DNA of 64,000 nucleotides from Rebecca billardiae RCC1528 (Eukaryota > Protista > Haptophyta): contig OZ251229.1 in assembly GCA_965240325.2 (NCBI GenBank), positions 372,001-436,000 on the forward strand, read 5' to 3'. Positions 58,953 through 64,000 of the stretch are shown here, in pieces; position 1 is the stretch's first letter; each line of letters starts with the position of its first letter. The notes beneath the pieces were generated by a model. That model did not search any database. It saw nothing but the letters and a program-made list of their open reading frames with translations, and was not told where the DNA came from. The position numbers were made by a program, and so were the translations under genes.

Positions 58953-60676
58953 TGTCTAGCCGTCCTCGTGAACGCCGACGCCAACTGCTGGCCGAAGGTG
59001 GGCACGCCGCCTGGCATGTCGATGCCGAGGCGGCTGCGTGTGTTCCTACTCAGTGGGATTTACGTGTCCTCATGCCTTGGCGAGCGGCAGCAGATGCGGT
59101 GGGCATGCCGCTCGCCGTCGACGAGACGCGGTGCGTGAGTGTGAGTGTGAGTGATCCCGCGCGGACGTCCGCTGACGGAAGGCTGAGCGCCTGCGGACTC
59201 GTCGACTGAACCTCCACCTGACCGCCCGGGAGCAGCACTGCTGGGGACCTAACCTGAAAAACCCAATCGTGTTGGGAGGCAGGGGGTCACATGAGCCCTA
59301 AGTGCAGCGCCGCAAGACCGGGCGGTCGGACGGCGGGTGTTGTGATCCCGCCGCCCGAGCACCAGACCAACGGGCCCTGGGTGGGCGGGTTGCCGAAAGA
59401 TGTTGGTCGGTGCACGCGACGCGCCACCCGCGTGCGAGCCGCCGCCGCCGGCGACGCAGGACGAGCTTGGCTGGAGCCATCTCGCACGCCGCGCCTGGCG
59501 AAGCAGGCGGCAGAGGCCGGCGCCGGAAACCGATCTCGGGCGGCAGAACAACCCGGACAGACTGTTTGTCCGGGAGCAGCGCCCTTTGAGGCGATGGTCT
59601 GGTAGAGGGCGATGTGGCTGATGAGCGGCGCTGGCGCCCGGCGTTCTTGTCGTCCTCTTAGACAATCAGTTATTGTACCAATAACCCCACGTCTAGCCGT
59701 CCTCGTGAACGCCGACGCCAACTGCTGGCCGAAGGTGGGCACGCCGCCTGGCATGTCGATGCCGAGGCGGCTGCGTGTGTTCCTACTCAGTGGGATTTAC
59801 GTGTCCTCATGCCTTGGCGAGCGGCAGCAGATGCGGTGGGCATGCCGCTCGCCGTCGACGAGACGCGGTGCGTGAGTGATCCCGTTTCATGGTGTGTTGG
59901 GGAGCACCGCGTGGAGGAGAATCCCATTGAGCGATGGGAAGGAAAGGGGCAAGGCACGTGTGAGTCGCGCACGCACGAGGGCCGGCCAGCGGGGGCTGGG
60001 CAGGTGGGGCAGTGCGAGTGAGACGGAACCCGAATAGGAGAGATAGCAGGCAGCCGGCCCCGCGGGCGCGGCGCTGCGGAAGCAGGAGAAGGCTAGACGG
60101 CCTTTGCGGATGCTGTGAATGGCCCGCGGGTGCGCACGGGGCCCGGCGCGCGGTGTGCCGCCAGCGGTCCTTGTGTAGGAGCCGGCTGGCGTTGGCACCG
60201 GGGCGATCCCGAGGCAGGGCGGGAGAGATGGAGCAGCGATCCGCGTGGGGGCGCACCCACGGAGGAGGAGGCATGTGGCGAAGAGGGAACGGTGCGATCG
60301 GGGCGGTTGCGGAAGAGCCACAGGGTGCGCACGCACACAGAGAGAGAAGAGGCGGTGGCCCGAAGCGCGAGGGGGCGCGATGCGGAGCGTTGCTTACCGC
60401 CGAGTTGCCGAAAGATGTTGGTCGGTGCACGCGACGCGCCACCCGCGTGCGAGCCGCCGCCGCCGGCGACGCAGGACGAGCTTGGCTGGAGCCATCTCGC
60501 ACGCCGCGCCTGGCGAAGCAGGCGGCAGAGGCCGGCGCCGGAAACCGATCTCGGGCGGCAGAACAACCCGGACAGACTGTTTGTCCGGGAGCAGCGCCCT
60601 TTGAGGCGATGGTCTGGTAGAGGGCGATGTGGCTGATGAGCGGCGCTGGCGCCCGGCGTTCTTGTCGTCCTCTTAG
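58953..60676. mobile_element. Interleaved direct repeats A(58953-59140) B(59388-59661) A(59691-59880) B(60404-60676); probable retroelement remnant
   Basis: Two essentially identical ~190-bp and two ~270-bp blocks; the element class is inferred only. Confidence 0.5.
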
Positions 60677-60779
60677 GGTCGTTCTTCCGAGCCCCCCCAC
60701 GCTTTTTCCCCAGCCCGAGCCCGAACATTGTTGTATGAGGACCTATTGCGAACGCGGGGGCGTGGAGGCCTCCTCAGGA

Positions 60780-60850
60780 TGACGAAACTTGGCCGGGACC
60801 AAGTGTTGTTGGAAATCCAAACAACACTTGGTCCCGGCCAAATTTCGTCA
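60780..60850. repeat. 71-bp hairpin with ~31-bp stem (one mismatch)
   Basis: tgacgaaacttggccgggaccaagtgttgtt ... aacaacacttggtcccggccaaatttcgtca. Confidence 0.92.
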
Positions 60851-62131
60851 CATACTATCTCGTCCCGAAAGATCGCAGGACGGAAGCTTCTGTGCCTTCC
60901 AACATCGGCCCACGAGAGGGTCGAGAGCATGCCGTGCGTGCGTGCGGCGGTCGGCGGAGACAAGTACGACCGGCGCGTTCGCGCGCGCGCTCGTATGCTC
61001 GGCGGCGGTGGTGTTGAGGCTGGCCAGTCACGTGTGACGCCTGGCTGCGCTCGCGTGCTTGAGCGCAGCTTGTGCGGCGCAAGCCTCCGTTGTGCAGTGT
61101 GATCTGACGTGCGCAGAATGCACTCGTCGCGCCTTGCGCCCGGAGCGTTTGAATTCGTAGAAGATTTCGACTCAGCCACGATGCACACGGTCGTGCGTGT
61201 CTCCAGAAGACACTTACGAGCAGGGCTCGACCGTGGCATGCCCACCATCTCCTGCGTCGCCTGTGTCGTCCGCCCGGCGGCCGTGAGACGAAAGGCTCGA
61301 GTCCCGACGCGACTTTCTCGTGCCGGAACGAACCTCACGATGGCGACACTTTTCACAAGCACAGAGCAAGAAACAGCAAGAAACAGGCGGTGCAAGTCAC
61401 CGGCACATGACCGAGGCGATCGCGCGCTGACGCGCCGAGGAGCCCGCAAACCTCGCTGCGAATCCGCCGCCCGAGCAGCGATCGTCCTCTCGGCCGAGTG
61501 CGGCTTCAGTGCTTCGCGTGCGCCCGTGGTAGGGCAAGGAGCTGAGCAAGGACGAGCAGGTCATGCGCGCGCGCGCGAGTGGAACTCGCTCGTCGATGCT
61601 TCATCGCACGCCGCCACCCTTCGACGCCGGGTGGCTAGGGCAGCGGCGGCGGCGCGCGAGAGTGCATGATTGACCGCGCGGGGTGCCGGCTGCTCACCAC
61701 GCGTGCGCGCTCGGGCTGGCTGCGGCGCAGTGTGAGGTCGCGCACAAGTGCACACGTGACTGCGCGAATGCGGCGTGGAAGGCCGAGCACAAGGCCGCGT
61801 GCCAGAGCGGCGCTGCGCGCGCGGAGGCGCAGGGCGTGTGACCGGACCGTGCGCTCCGTTTGCTCTCAGCTAGCTGCGTCGTACCGTCCGATCGCTTGTG
61901 CCACTGCCTTGGGCCGGTGTGCATGCTCGAGCGAGTTCGGCGGCTCGACGCCTCTCAACCGCGGCCCGCGCGGGGTCCGGGTGGCCCAACGCGCATCCTG
62001 AGGCTTTGTCCGGTCTCGGTGCCACGCAAGGCACCAACAGCGCCGCAGCTTTCGGCGGCAGCTCGGCGCGCGCGGCTCAGGCACCAGCTGCCAACGCTCC
62101 TCGCGAGGGGCGCGGTGCGTGGCGGGCAGGC

Positions 62132-64000
62132 ATGTCGAAGCTCAAGTCTGTGAGCCGTTCCGGCACCGTTGCCTGGTCGACCTCCGCCGAGCGGCCTGGC
62201 CTGCTCGCGGCGGGTACGGTCGCGGGCGCGATCGATGACAGCTTTGAGAGCACTGCGCAGCTCGAGATCTTCAACCTCGAGCTGGCCTCGCCGAGCGCGG
62301 AGATGCCGCTGCTGGGCAGCGTGACGACGAGCGAGCGCTTCCAGCGGCTCGCGTGGGGTACCGGCGTCGACACCGCCTCGTACCCGCTCGGCGTGCTCGC
62401 GGGCGGCATGGTCGACGGCTCGATCAAGATCTTCAACGCAAGCAAGATTGTGGACGGCGCGGAGGGCGAGGCGCTGGTGGCGACGGTGAGCAAGCACCAC
62501 GGCCCCGTGCGCGGCCTCGAGTTCAACTGGAACCAGCCCAACCTGCTCGCCTCCGGCGCGTCGGACGCGGACATGTACATCATTGACGTCTCGCAGCCGG
62601 CGACGCCGACGTTTTACACCGCGGGCCAGCGCACGGGCGGGCCGGGCGGCGCGGACATCTCGTGCGTGGCGTGGAACCGCAAGGTGCACCACATCCTCGC
62701 CTCCACCTCGCACTCGGGCCAGACCGTCGTGTGGGACCTCAAGCTCAAGCGGCCAGTGATCTCGTTCAACGACCCGAACAACAAGACGCAGCGCAACTCG
62801 GTCGTGTGCTGGAACCCCGAAGTGGTGCGTGCGTGCGTGTGTGCGTGCGTGCCGCGCGGCGCGGCGGGGAGGTGGCGTGGCGGGACGGCGCGGCGCGAGA
62901 GCCCGCCGCTGGGGGTGTCGCACGCACGCCCGCTTGCGCGCCGCGCGCGCCCGCGGGCTCGCGGCGCCGCGCGCGCGCGCGAGGGGTCAGACCACCCACC
63001 CGCTCTGGCCACGCCCGCACGCGCGCCGCGCGCCGCGCGCCGGCTCGCAGGCGACGCAAGTGCTCGTCGCGTCCGAGGACGACCAGTACCCGCTGCTGCA
63101 GATGTGGGACCTCCGCAACGCGTTTGCGCCCGTCGCCGAGCTGCGCGGGCACACGAAGGGCATCCTCGCGGCGTCGTGGTGCCCCTTCGACAACGGCCTG
63201 CTCCTCTCGGCGGGCAAGGACAACCGCACGCTCTGCTGGGACCCGCTGGCCGGGCAGGTCCTGTGCGAGGTGCGGCGGCGCGCCGCGCGCGCGCGGCCTC
63301 CATCGCGCGCCAGCCGGGCAGACGCCGCGCGGCTCGCGCCGTGCAGGCCGCGGCGGCCGCCGCGCCACGCCGGCAGATGTGAGTCTTGTGAAGCTCACTC
63401 TCTCTCTCTCTCGCGTCCGCGCGCGCGCCCGCCCGCACACGCCGCCGCGCGCGCCCGCGCCGCCCGTGCCGCGCAGCTGCCGGCGAGTGCGAACTGGAAC
63501 TTCGACGTGCAGTGGTCGCCGTGCATCCCGGCGGTCCTGTCAACCGGCTCGTTTGACGGACAGGTGGCCGTGTACTCTCTGACGGACTGCGCGCCGCAGG
63601 GCGACGGGTGGACGGGCCACCCGGGCGCGGAGCCGGCGCACGGGATGCGCCGCGCGCCCAAGTGGCTGCAGCGGCCGTGCGGCGCGTCGTTCGGCTTCGG
63701 CGGCCAGCTCGTCACCTTTGCGCCGCAGCCTGCCGCGCCCGGCGCCGCCGCGCCGCGGCCCACCGTCCAGGCGCTCCAGGTGGCCACGGGCTCGGACACG
63801 GTGCAGCGCGCGGCGCAGCTCGCGGAGGCGCTCGAGAGCGGAGACGTGAACACGCTGTGCAAGGCGAAGGTGGAGGCGGCGACGACCGAGTCGGACAAGG
63901 CGGTCTGGGGCCTTCTCGCCGTGCTCTCGTCCGCCGACGCGCGGCAGGAGTTGATCGAATTCCTCAGGCCGGTCGAGGGCGAGGGTGCGGACGCGGCGGC
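62132..64000 (+). CDS. SEC31: COPII outer coat protein Sec31 (WD40 N-terminus), 3'-partial; introns 62825-63050 and 63270-63476
   Basis: LKSVSRSGTVAWS, LAAGTVAGAIDDSF..AQLEIF, AWNRKVHHILAS, VWDLK..PVISF, WDLRNA.AP, RAPKWL.RP.GASFGFGG.LV. Confidence 0.95.

Overview
Very GC-rich eukaryotic genomic DNA with short GC-rich GT-AG introns (donors mostly gtgcg/gtgag, acceptors mostly cgcag). The style suggests a haptophyte-like alga, which is inference only. Host genes are a polyQ-led INO80-like protein whose ATPase motifs are lost, two intronless F-box/RCC1 paralogues, a DDT-WHIM (ISWI-partner) protein, a chromodomain-Tudor protein head-to-head with it, a small secreted protein and the 5' part of SEC31. 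Between them lies mobile-element debris: a broken Ty1/copia element present as two overlapping pieces, a hAT-type non-autonomous element with an 8-bp TSD, fold-back elements and a dispersed structured repeat. The most notable feature is a ~14-kb gene (34594-48927, ~4,550 aa as modelled). Its order is signal peptide, 6-kb SPPP/Ala-rich tract, hydrophobic segments, LRGG plus an OTU-like protease, bipartite NLS, UDG-like domain, 11+ near-identical 69-aa helical repeats with shuffled variable blocks, and a C2H2 finger. It is a candidate membrane-tethered, self-releasing, repeat-guided nucleic-acid effector. All domain calls come from reading motifs by eye; no searches were run.
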